A stretch of 13,958 bases of DNA from the IMG/VR virus record IMGVR_UViG_3300026885_000050, positions 1-13,958 of that record; one strand, 5' to 3'. Shown in pieces: positions 1-8,045 of the stretch; position 1 is the first letter of the stretch, and every line of letters starts with the position of its first letter. The notes beneath the pieces were generated by a model. The model was not told where the DNA came from. It saw nothing but the letters and a program-made list of their open reading frames with translations, and did no database searches. The position numbers were made by a program, and so were the translations under genes.

Positions 1-2
1 TT

Positions 3-335
3 TGGGCTCAAAGAAATGGCGCACCAGATCAGTTTTATACATATATATCAGGCAGTTATACTGGATATGTGACGTGGCCATATTCTATTGATGGAAATAT
101 ACACATATATACTTTAATAGTTGGCCCAAATGTTAATCCATTAATAACTGAAAGAGATTATACAATTGAAGAAAATTTCACGGGAATGTCAACTACATAC
201 ACTTCTGGTCATTTTGGCCCAAGAGCACATACGGGAACTACGTTCTGGCAATGGGTCAGAGTAAGGGCTTATCCCCCAAACGGGGTAATGCCTTCAAATT
301 CTCAGCTACAAAAGACAATAGTTCTAGTTGCGTGA
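3..335 (+). CDS. 3' end of a large virion structural/terminal-fibre protein (SIRV2 ORF1070-like), truncated by the window start
   Basis: The frame is open from nt 3 (WAQRNGAPDQFYTYISGSYTGYVTWPY...) to TGA at 333-335, so the track's GTG at 69 is internal. Beta-rich T/G/Y/W composition. Position directly before the ORF564-like gene matches recalled rudivirus gene order. Confidence 0.7.
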   Translation, partial: WAQRNGAPDQFYTYISGSYTGYVTWPYSIDGNIHIYTLIVGPNVNPLITERDYTIEENFTGMSTTYTSGHFGPRAHTGTTFWQWVRVRAYPPNGVMPSNSQLQKTIVLVA

Positions 336-342
336 GCTAAAA

Positions 343-2133
343 ATGTCTTCAAATTATTGTATTCAATTAAATCTAAGTTTTTTAAAACCTATTCTAGTAA
401 TATCCATGATGACACCAAAACCCATAAATTTTACATCTTTACAATTCTCATTATCTGTAAATTCTTTAGTTATATTTCTATTTTCAAAATATCCATTCAA
501 TTTTGGAACTGCCAATGCTATTTGTATAAATCAGGACGAATTTGGATTTGCCGAAGTTGGGACAAATTTCAATATAGATTTATCAAATTATCAAGGATAT
601 TATATGCTAATTTTAATTTATCCGCAAGGAATTCATCTCTATGGTGTTGGTGGTTATCAAGTTGTTCCAAATTTTATAATGACTTTTCAAAATACAACAA
701 TTTCGCCAATTAAAAGTGAAACTATAATTAGTAATTTTGATTCACAAGGAATAATCGGTTTTTGTAAATGCTATTATGGACAAAATGTTACACTAGAAAC
801 TACACCTTCATATTCAGATTTTGTTCCAGCAATTTCATTAAATAATCTAAATAATCAATTAGTAATTTTAAATTGTCAAACATTTTATCCTACAAGTAAT
901 ACAACTGTAGAATTTGTAACACCGCTTACATGTCCTTATTATGGTACAATTATAACAGCACCAATAATATTTAGTGCAAATCAATCAGTTATAGATTTTC
1001 TAAATTCAAACAATATATCATATTCTATTTTATCATCTACAACATGTCAATTGACTTCTAAATTATCACCATGTTTTTTACCATGCAAATCCATTAATCA
1101 AATTACAAAATTATTAACCCCTCCAAAACCATATTCTTTAATTTCCTCAAAACTTTGGAACGAAATTGTCTCGGATTTATATCTAGCTTATAGTGTTTAT
1201 AAATATATAAACTATTTATCACAATTTCCATATATGCAAAATATATATCATGCAATTTCAGATTTCTATAATTTCTATGAAAACTTTCAACCTTATGTAT
1301 TTAAACCGCTTATTCATGCTAGAAAAGGTCTTCCATTAACAGCCGATTATTTCAATTCCTTAATTGATGCAATTATAGAATTAGCGAATTTTGCAAATAT
1401 ACAATTACAAAAAGGACTTTCACATGTACAATCTGATCAAATCGTAAAATCTTTACAATTTGACAATATAGTATATGATGTTAATCAATTTTTAACTTTC
1501 AATTATCATCAGTACTTTTTATTTAGTTGTGATGGATATTTATTTTATTATTATTTATATTATCTTACCACATTTTTGAATGTATTAATTGCAAATTTAG
1601 ATTATGGAATTACAATTCCAAATAATGTTTATATTAAAAATTTACTAATTTATAATATTAGACAACCAATTGATATTTTTGGAACAATAGACAAATTTAT
1701 AGTTGTACAGAATAATTGGAGTATTACAATTGATAATAATTCTTTTGTAAATGTATTAAAAATTAATAATAATAATAATGAACTTCTAATTAATGATAAT
1801 GTTAATGTAAATATAATACAAATTGAAAATAATAATTCAATAATTGAAACTAATTTTAATGATTTAATCACAATTTTTGAAATTGAAAATAACAATGGCG
1901 TAATTGCATTACATGGAAATACACAAATTCAATATTTTTATGTTAATCAAAATTTTGGTACTATTAGTGTAAATGATAATGTTGATATAGGAACATTAAT
2001 AGTAGAATATAATAATGGTGATATCCAGATTAATGGTTATAATGTAATAGAAAATTTAATTTGTAAACAAAATAGCGGAAGTATAACTATTGCATCTACA
2101 GTTACAGTTATAAACAATTATTGTACTTCATAA
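343..2133 (+). CDS. Virion structural protein (SIRV2 ORF564-like) with C-terminal 20-aa repeat beta-solenoid
   Basis: Long ORF. ATG at 343 (MSSNYC), 7 nt after the upstream stop, is preferred over TTG at 328. Asn/Ile-rich periodic C-terminus. Synteny with fibre gene, methyltransferase and glycosyltransferases as recalled for rudiviruses. Confidence 0.75.
   Translation: MSSNYCIQLNLSFLKPILVISMMTPKPINFTSLQFSLSVNSLVIFLFSKYPFNFGTANAICINQDEFGFAEVGTNFNIDLSNYQGYYMLILIYPQGIHLYGVGGYQVVPNFIMTFQNTTISPIKSETIISNFDSQGIIGFCKCYYGQNVTLETTPSYSDFVPAISLNNLNNQLVILNCQTFYPTSNTTVEFVTPLTCPYYGTIITAPIIFSANQSVIDFLNSNNISYSILSSTTCQLTSKLSPCFLPCKSINQITKLLTPPKPYSLISSKLWNEIVSDLYLAYSVYKYINYLSQFPYMQNIYHAISDFYNFYENFQPYVFKPLIHARKGLPLTADYFNSLIDAIIELANFANIQLQKGLSHVQSDQIVKSLQFDNIVYDVNQFLTFNYHQYFLFSCDGYLFYYYLYYLTTFLNVLIANLDYGITIPNNVYIKNLLIYNIRQPIDIFGTIDKFIVVQNNWSITIDNNSFVNVLKINNNNNELLINDNVNVNIIQIENNNSIIETNFNDLITIFEIENNNGVIALHGNTQIQYFYVNQNFGTISVNDNVDIGTLIVEYNNGDIQINGYNVIENLICKQNSGSITIASTVTVINNYCTS
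1573..2130 (+). repeat. Protein-level tandem repeat, about 9 units of about 20 aa (Asn-ladder beta-solenoid)
   Basis: Units in register: IDKFIVVQNNWSITIDNNSF / VNVLKINNNNNELLINDNVN / VNIIQIENNNSIIETNFNDL / ITIFEIENNNGVIALHGNTQ / IQYFYVNQNFGTISVNDNVD / IGTLIVEYNNGDIQINGYNV / IENLICKQNSGSITIASTVT, plus two degenerate units upstream. Confidence 0.85.
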
Positions 2134-2610
2134 TTTGCAAAATACAAATTCTCTATTATCATCTGTAATAAAAGTTAGAACAGTTCCGTAAAGTTTTCGC
2201 ATTAAATCAAAACGGTTTTTTGTCCAATCATGAATTGCAATACAGAATTGTTTGTATTTCTGTAATTGAGAAAAATCTAATTTAGCCTCACAGCCTTCAC
2301 AATCCATAACTAGAATGTCAGTGTTTGGATATTCTATACCTTTCCATTCTCCATTTATATCAACTTTGTCACAGATATTGAAATCTTTACAAACAATTTC
2401 CTTAAATTTCTTGTTTAATTGTTCTTCTTTTTCGTAACCGATTATTCTCTTAGCACCTTTTAAGAGGAAATATAAAGCTGAACTTCCGCAATCGTTACCG
2501 ATTATCGTTACAGTTCTATCTTTCACATCTAATTTTCCATAAGCTAAATCAAACTCATGCCAATAACAACATTCTAACTTACAAAAATAATCTTTAAAAT
2601 TTATAGGCAT
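2128..2610 (-). CDS. SAM-dependent methyltransferase, FkbM-like (SIRV ORF158-like)
   Basis: Motif I-like TVTIIGNDCGSSALYF, then GAKRIIGYE (acidic residue ending beta2) and ILVMDCEGCE (FkbM-type D-x-EG-x-E). ATG overlaps the upstream TAA (TAATG). Confidence 0.8.
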   Translation of the reverse strand: MPINFKDYFCKLECCYWHEFDLAYGKLDVKDRTVTIIGNDCGSSALYFLLKGAKRIIGYEKEEQLNKKFKEIVCKDFNICDKVDINGEWKGIEYPNTDILVMDCEGCEAKLDFSQLQKYKQFCIAIHDWTKNRFDLMRKLYGTVLTFITDDNREFVFCKL

Positions 2611-3536
2611 TATTGAACAACCTCAAATAATGCATAAACTTTACACTTTCCTGTAGCCCATGCATAAACATTAGCTGGATTATTTACATGAATTTCCAAA
2701 CTATCATTTGGCAAAATTGGGAAATTATTGTATAAATTATTTCCAATATAGACAATATAATTACTCAAATTCTGAAGAATTATTCTTACAGTTTCAATTG
2801 GCGGGCCAGTGTATAACTGTGAAGGTGTTGTATTTACATCTAATTGAAGTCCTTCTATTGTTGGAGGCGATAAATACAAAGAAAGTTTATTTAACGTATT
2901 AACTAATCCGACTGTGGCTAAATAGACATATGTAAGCGTATAAGCTATAGAATCAGCAATAAAATAAATCGCATTTTGTAACGGAATTCCTAATCTTTTA
3001 GCTATTGAATCTATTAATTCATAAAATGAAGTATAGAAATTCTGTAAATCTTCTTTTATTATAGTTCTAGCTTGTTCAACATTTGAAATTAAATAATTTA
3101 CAACATTATAAATTGTCTCATATAAAGCGGTTGTATCTTTCTCTAAAATTGAAGTGGCAGTCGGAACAGCAACTATAATTTTTTCATAAATTTCTTCTGG
3201 TAACTTAACAATTGAATAGTATAACTGTTCATTCGAATACAGAATTGCATTTATTTGTTGTCCAGCTGTAGCTATAAATCCAGCGATATATATCGGGTCT
3301 TCTTCTGTAAGAACTGGCTGTCCAGCTACATAAATTTCATCATAAAAATTTCCAGAACTGGCAATTATAGAACCTGGAATTGTTAGATTTCCATTTTGTA
3401 GAATTGAAGTTACAGCATTACCGCCAGTTAAATAAAGTTCGGTCAAAAGTAGAACTGCAGTGTTCCACATTCCAGATGTCAGTCTCTGGAAAGGTGATGC
3501 TAATAAACTTGAGATTGAGGCATAAGTAATGCTCAT
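2610..3536 (-). CDS. Conserved rudivirus protein (SIRV2 ORF309-like), possibly virion-associated
   Basis: 308-aa ORF with its own TATA-GTCAT promoter 17 nt upstream of the ATG, translationally coupled to the methyltransferase. Size and position match recalled SIRV order. Confidence 0.7.
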   Translation of the reverse strand: MSITYASISSLLASPFQRLTSGMWNTAVLLLTELYLTGGNAVTSILQNGNLTIPGSIIASSGNFYDEIYVAGQPVLTEEDPIYIAGFIATAGQQINAILYSNEQLYYSIVKLPEEIYEKIIVAVPTATSILEKDTTALYETIYNVVNYLISNVEQARTIIKEDLQNFYTSFYELIDSIAKRLGIPLQNAIYFIADSIAYTLTYVYLATVGLVNTLNKLSLYLSPPTIEGLQLDVNTTPSQLYTGPPIETVRIILQNLSNYIVYIGNNLYNNFPILPNDSLEIHVNNPANVYAWATGKCKVYALFEVVQ

Positions 3537-3550
3537 AATTTTAAATTCCT

Positions 3551-3570
3551 AAAATGACATAAATAAGATC
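3551..3570 (-). promoter_or_regulatory. TATA-GTCAT promoter for 3536-2610
   Basis: Minus strand reads GATCTTATTTATGTCAT, 17 nt before the ATG (leaderless spacing). Confidence 0.65.
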
Positions 3571-3630
3571 ACAATTCTTATTTAACATATAATGTATATT
3601 TGCTGATTTCATTGTTCTCACAAAAAATTA

Positions 3631-3650
3631 TCAATATTTTAATTTGTCAT
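3631..3650 (+). promoter_or_regulatory. TATA-GTCAT promoter for the glycosyltransferase operon
   Basis: ATATTTTAATTTGTCAT, 17 nt before ATG 3668. Confidence 0.65.
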
Positions 3651-3667
3651 GAAACTGAAAATTAATT

Positions 3668-4273
3668 ATGAAAGTTTTCACTTTTGCGGGCTATACAAAA
3701 CATCTTCCAGAATTAGATTTTGATTATGTAGTTGTAGATAAGACATTTAACGATTTAACTCCAAAGCTAGAGCAAAAATTTAGAGATAAGATAATCTGGA
3801 ATGAAACAAACAGTGAAATCAGATGGGTCAGAATAGCTAAACAATTGTTGAAAATTTTAGATATAGCTAAAACTTTAGATGATGACATTTTTGCAATAAT
3901 TGATAGTGATTTAATAGTCCCAAAATTGCGTGAAATAGACCCTTTAAATAGAATTCTCACGCTTTGTTACTGGCTTTATTATAGTTGGGCTAACGAAATT
4001 AGACCATTTTGTTCTGGAACTAATTATATATTTAGAAAAAATCAAATTCCAATTTTTGAAATTATATTAAATACTTATTTGGAAAAAGAATATTACAAAG
4101 AAATTCCAGTAGATATTTTCATTCATGACCATATTCTCCATGTAAATGTGGCTAAATTAGGGACTATACATTATGTGAAAACTCCATGTGATGAAAAGAA
4201 AATGGAATTTAAATTTGAAGATATACCACAATTGTTTGAACATATTCCAGAATTTGTATTAATAATTTGGTGA
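3668..4273 (+). CDS. Putative GT-A fold glycosyltransferase
   Basis: DYVVVDKT, a DxD motif after a hydrophobic strand (IFAIIDSDL), FCSGTNYIF and PVD..IH. Adjacent to a GT-B gene, as in SIRV. Confidence 0.7.
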   Translation: MKVFTFAGYTKHLPELDFDYVVVDKTFNDLTPKLEQKFRDKIIWNETNSEIRWVRIAKQLLKILDIAKTLDDDIFAIIDSDLIVPKLREIDPLNRILTLCYWLYYSWANEIRPFCSGTNYIFRKNQIPIFEIILNTYLEKEYYKEIPVDIFIHDHILHVNVAKLGTIHYVKTPCDEKKMEFKFEDIPQLFEHIPEFVLIIW

Positions 4274-4281
4274 GGTCAAAT

Positions 4282-4398
4282 ATGGAGTTCTTTAATTCAA
4301 AATTAAGACCGAACCAATGCAAATTTGAAATTATGAGTTTGAAAGTTATGGAAATGGTTTCAAATTATAAACTCAAAATTAAGCACATGGTGAAATAA
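4282..4398 (+). CDS. Small 38-aa hypothetical protein (MEFFNSKLRPNQCKFEIMSLKVMEMVSNYKLKIKHMVK), not in ORF track
   Basis: Strong archaeal SD GGTGAGGT (4269-4276) overlapping the upstream stop, ATG 4282, TAA 4396-4398 ending 2 nt before the next ATG. Fills the gap almost exactly. Confidence 0.55.
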   Translation: MEFFNSKLRPNQCKFEIMSLKVMEMVSNYKLKIKHMVK

Positions 4399-4400
4399 AA

Positions 4401-5465
4401 ATGGCAAATATTATATATTACGTTTATCCACAACATCATGATGTTAGTTTTAAATTTGTAGCTAAAGAACATATAAAAATGCTAAAAGAGAGATATACAG
4501 TTTACGAAATCCCAGCTTTATCTTTCTATCAATTTACTCCTTTTCGTTACCCGATTTCTATAATTCATCCGTTCTTTTATTCAATGTGGCATTGGGGAAA
4601 AATAGAATTTTCTTTCTTTGAGCAATATAGAACTAAAACAAGTGCAATAATAGGCGTTGAAGTTGCTGACAGTGACAGAATTTCCGAGAAATTCATAGAT
4701 TATGCTAATAACTATGCTGATAGACTAATTGTAAATTCTGAATGGTCAGTTAAAACATTCAAGAACTCTGGTCTGAAAATTCCAATATTTAAAGTTGTAC
4801 ATAACTTTAACGAGAGACTTTTAGTAAAAGATGAGGAACTAAAAGTTGATGAACAAATTCGTTATATTGAGAAAATCAAAAATGAGAAGAAAATAAAACT
4901 AATTTTCATATCATTATGGCATTCTGATTATAGAAAAGGTGCAGATTTATTCCACAATATAGCTAGACAACTTCAGAAGGAAAGGAATGACATTTATTTT
5001 TTAGTAAAAAGTGGTGGGCCGAGGACAGATTTTCAAGACTTAAGAATGTTCAATCTGACTGGAAATACAGATTTTGATAACATTGTAAAGATGTATAGAA
5101 TTTCTGACTTATATCTTCTAACTAGCAGAGGTGGGAGTTTCGAGTTAAACGGTCTGGAAGCTTTTGTGTCAAAAATTCCAACAATCGCCACAAAAGGCGG
5201 GGCATGGGAAGAATATTTTCCTCCACAATTGAAAGATTTACTAATTGATTCTTGTAATTTCCCAACAATTCTTCCAAATAATCCAATTCATATAGGAAAA
5301 GGCGTAGAAATATGTATTGACAAAGCTGTGGATAAAGTTCTTGAAGTTTTAGACAATCTTGATGAATATAAAGCTAAAATTGAGGAAAATTATAATTTCT
5401 GGATTGAGAATTTTAGTTATAAAACTGTAAAAAAACAACTTTTTAATTCTTTAGATGGACTTTAA
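4401..5465 (+). CDS. GT-B (GT4 / group 1) glycosyltransferase (SIRV2 ORF356-like)
   Basis: ADRLIVNSEWS, RKGADL, SDLYLLTSRGGSFELNGLEAFVSKIPTIATKGG (GT4-type C-terminal donor-binding motif). SD GGTGA at 4389-4393. Confidence 0.9.
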   Translation: MANIIYYVYPQHHDVSFKFVAKEHIKMLKERYTVYEIPALSFYQFTPFRYPISIIHPFFYSMWHWGKIEFSFFEQYRTKTSAIIGVEVADSDRISEKFIDYANNYADRLIVNSEWSVKTFKNSGLKIPIFKVVHNFNERLLVKDEELKVDEQIRYIEKIKNEKKIKLIFISLWHSDYRKGADLFHNIARQLQKERNDIYFLVKSGGPRTDFQDLRMFNLTGNTDFDNIVKMYRISDLYLLTSRGGSFELNGLEAFVSKIPTIATKGGAWEEYFPPQLKDLLIDSCNFPTILPNNPIHIGKGVEICIDKAVDKVLEVLDNLDEYKAKIEENYNFWIENFSYKTVKKQLFNSLDGL

Positions 5466-5816
5466 AAATTCATGAACTTTTTGTAATTTATCTATATCTT
5501 TATTCTCCACTAATTTCTTAATTTCTTCATTTATCTCATCATATAAATTATTGATTTTGATTAATTCTAAAACTTCTTGAATTAACAAAATTGAGAATTT
5601 GTGAGTTTGTTCAACTATAGTATGGATTTTCTTAGCTAACTTTTCGCTATTGAATTTGTCAAATTCTATAGACAATACGGTATACGAATATTTTGCAATT
5701 ACTTTTTTCTCATTTAAAGTTATAAAAAGTCTGTATTTGTCTTCTACTATTATCTCAGCTTTATTGTTATTCAATCTTACGATTGTATTTTGTCTTAACT
5801 TTAATTCCCTAGTCAT
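5451..5816 (-). CDS. Hypothetical protein, 121 aa (start revised to MTRELK)
   Basis: The track start at 5882 is the GTCAT of the divergent promoter. A TATA-GTCAT element lies 18 nt upstream of ATG 5816. Overlaps the GT4 gene end by 15 nt convergently. Confidence 0.7.
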   Translation of the reverse strand: MTRELKLRQNTIVRLNNNKAEIIVEDKYRLFITLNEKKVIAKYSYTVLSIEFDKFNSEKLAKKIHTIVEQTHKFSILLIQEVLELIKINNLYDEINEEIKKLVENKDIDKLQKVHEFLKSI

Positions 5817-5834
5817 CAATATAATAAAAATATT

Positions 5835-5882
5835 ATGACATTTATATCTCTTTAAATTTTGAGTAATTCTTAAATTGGTCAT
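5835..5882. promoter_or_regulatory. Divergent pair of TATA-GTCAT promoters
   Basis: Minus strand: GATATAAATGTCAT (5835-5848) to ATG 5816. Plus strand: TTCTTAAATTGGTCAT (5867-5882) to ATG 5900. Confidence 0.7.
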
Positions 5883-5899
5883 AAAAACAAACCCATAAT

Positions 5900-7090
5900 A
5901 TGGAATATAAAAGACAAAGTTCGGGAATAATTAAAAGCTTTAATTCTCTAGATATTTTTTCTATAAATCTTTTGTACATGGGCATTATAAGCGGAATAAG
6001 TTATCCAATTTTTGTTTCTCAAATGATGAAAAATGTAAATCTATTAATTGCGGTCTTAATCGGTGCAATTTTCGAAATTCCGTTACTTGTAATGTATTAC
6101 ATTCTAACTAAGAAAATCCCGCTTAACGGCGGTGATTACGCATATATTCGAAACACATTTTCTCCAAAATTTTACACAATTTTCGGAATCTCTTTATGGT
6201 TAATTTATGTATTCTCAGCACCAATTTTAACAGATTTAGTACTTATGAATTTCAATATTCCTCTAATTCAGAAATTCTTAATTTCAGAACTATTATTTGC
6301 TATCGGTTTATTTAGTGTTGTTAAAAAAACAATTTATGCATATATAGTAGACGGATTAGCAATTTTACAAATAATTGTATCGCTAATTTTGCCAATTTCA
6401 AGTTTTCATTTCCAGATACAAAACTTTACAATATCAAATACTTTACTTTCAGCTTTACTATTTGACTTGTCAATGTTTCTCTTCATAAATGCGATTAGTT
6501 ATATAGCCGGAGAAACTAAAAATGTAGATAAAAATGCAAAAATCGGATATTTCTTGAGTTATTTTGTAGTTACCATATTAGCAATATTAGACAGTTTTTC
6601 AAACCTAAATATTCTATTTGTTCTATTTCCAATCTGGTATATGAGTTTCATTTTCGTAAATTCTATAATTCAAACTCGATTAGTCCAAAATATGACGTTT
6701 GATAGAATTCTTCCGGAAAAATTCACGAAAATTACCCCCAATATTTTATTGCTAATCTTCAGTGCAGATACAATTGCTAATGTTCTAGAAAATATCTTAG
6801 GATTTTCAATATCGTTTGGTTTCTCCGGATTGTTATTTATCTTCTGGAACTTCTTAATTGTCAGTTTCGCATTTTTGAAATTGACAAACAATAAACTATT
6901 ATTTTCAACTGTATTAATTAGTTTAATATTGCAGATATTTCTATTCTTCTACTTAGGACTACAAAATCAAATATTCTATAATTTCGTAATAGAAGGAAAT
7001 GCCATATTTACAATATTAAGAATATTGATAATGCCGATAATTGGCGGAATTATATACTTGTTAAGGAGAAAGACAATCCATGGAGAGTAA
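5900..7090 (+). CDS. APC-superfamily amino-acid permease-like membrane protein (SIRV2 ORF399-like)
   Basis: Many hydrophobic TM segments. PLNGGDYAYIRNTF (APC P..GG.Y.Y motif), SYIAGETKN (AGE.KN motif), RLVQNMTFDRILPEKF. Confidence 0.85.
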   Translation: MEYKRQSSGIIKSFNSLDIFSINLLYMGIISGISYPIFVSQMMKNVNLLIAVLIGAIFEIPLLVMYYILTKKIPLNGGDYAYIRNTFSPKFYTIFGISLWLIYVFSAPILTDLVLMNFNIPLIQKFLISELLFAIGLFSVVKKTIYAYIVDGLAILQIIVSLILPISSFHFQIQNFTISNTLLSALLFDLSMFLFINAISYIAGETKNVDKNAKIGYFLSYFVVTILAILDSFSNLNILFVLFPIWYMSFIFVNSIIQTRLVQNMTFDRILPEKFTKITPNILLLIFSADTIANVLENILGFSISFGFSGLLFIFWNFLIVSFAFLKLTNNKLLFSTVLISLILQIFLFFYLGLQNQIFYNFVIEGNAIFTILRILIMPIIGGIIYLLRRKTIHGE

Positions 7091-7092
7091 AA

Positions 7093-8028
7093 ATGAAGTT
7101 AGTTTTCGGACTAAGTTCGCCGACTTCTTATATTTTAAAGACAAATTTTCCAATTCTAATTAATCAATTAAGATTTAGAACAAAGACATGGAAAAATGAG
7201 ACTTGGGTCGACAGCGGGGGCTATCAAATTACAATTCATGGTCTAGAAATCTCAGTTGATGACGTCTTACAAAAATACAAAATGATAGACGCTTATGCAT
7301 TTTTTTCTCTAGATATACCTAGCATATTTTCTCCACTTGATAAAAAGAATTTCGAATATTTCGAATATCTTTATACAAAAATTGAGTATATAGAAAAAAT
7401 TATACCAGTAATTCATATTTATCCAATTCAAGATATAGATGAAGCTATAGATTTTTATAAACAATATACTTATTATTTTGCAGTTGGAGGACTTATAGCA
7501 TCTTCAAAAATGAAAATTTTGATATATACTTTTCCGTGGATCTATTACATAAGGAGGAAGGTTCCATATCTTCACGTTCTAGGAATGTCAGCACCATATT
7601 TTATTCAAGCCTTTGACTTTGCTGAGAGCATGGACACAGCTACATATAGCAAAGTAACGGGCTATAGAGATATTTTTTGGTTTGATGGGTCTAGAAGATA
7701 TGTAGGCAATCAAAAGACAGTTAGGGAAAAATATAAACTTACTGAGGAAGAGAAAGAGAAACTTTTCGAATTTCTGGACAAGATTAATTTCCCATTCGAA
7801 TATGATTTATCAAACAGAAAAATTATAGAAGTTATGAACGCTTATATTCTAATATACAATAATTGGAAGATTGATAATAAATATACAAGATATGCTGACA
7901 AACTTAGGAAAATGGGACTAGACAGCCTTGTAATGGAGTTAATTAGAAATTATAAAATTGCTAATGAGATATTGAAAGAGAAAAGGAAAATAAAGAAAGA
8001 AGAAGATGAATTAGAACTTGAGATATAA
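7093..8028 (+). CDS. tRNA-guanine transglycosylase-like / DpdA-like protein (SIRV2 ORF310-like)
   Basis: TGT catalytic signature VDSGGYQ, then SLDIP, IIPVIH, FAVGG, LHVLG, SMDTAT (second catalytic Asp). Starts 2 nt after the permease stop. Confidence 0.85.
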   Translation: MKLVFGLSSPTSYILKTNFPILINQLRFRTKTWKNETWVDSGGYQITIHGLEISVDDVLQKYKMIDAYAFFSLDIPSIFSPLDKKNFEYFEYLYTKIEYIEKIIPVIHIYPIQDIDEAIDFYKQYTYYFAVGGLIASSKMKILIYTFPWIYYIRRKVPYLHVLGMSAPYFIQAFDFAESMDTATYSKVTGYRDIFWFDGSRRYVGNQKTVREKYKLTEEEKEKLFEFLDKINFPFEYDLSNRKIIEVMNAYILIYNNWKIDNKYTRYADKLRKMGLDSLVMELIRNYKIANEILKEKRKIKKEEDELELEI

Positions 8029-8045
8029 AAATTCATATTTTCACA

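Noticed and set aside
357-713. 118-aa alternative-frame ORF
   Set aside because: Entirely inside the 596-aa gene on the same strand, with no promoter/SD and off-frame composition.
1650-1895. 81-aa antisense ORF (Leu/Ile-rich)
   Set aside because: Mirror of AAT/ATT-rich codons in the solenoid repeat.
2708-2902. 64-aa antisense ORF
   Set aside because: Shadow of the 308-aa gene; TTG start with no signals.
3724-3960. 78-aa antisense ORF
   Set aside because: Shadow of the GT-A gene.
4322-4380. Inverted repeats (TTTGAAA/TTTCAAA, TGAGTTT/AAACTCA) suggesting a structured RNA
   Set aside because: Short AT-rich arms that are expected by chance; the region is better explained by the 38-aa ORF.
5650-5838. 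62-aa plus-strand ORF
   Set aside because: Antisense to the promoter-supported 121-aa gene.
6670-6891. 73-aa antisense ORF
   Set aside because: Shadow of the permease.
7350-7368. TTCGAATAT tandem duplication
   Set aside because: Two 9-bp units encoding FEYFEY within the TGT-like gene; trivial.
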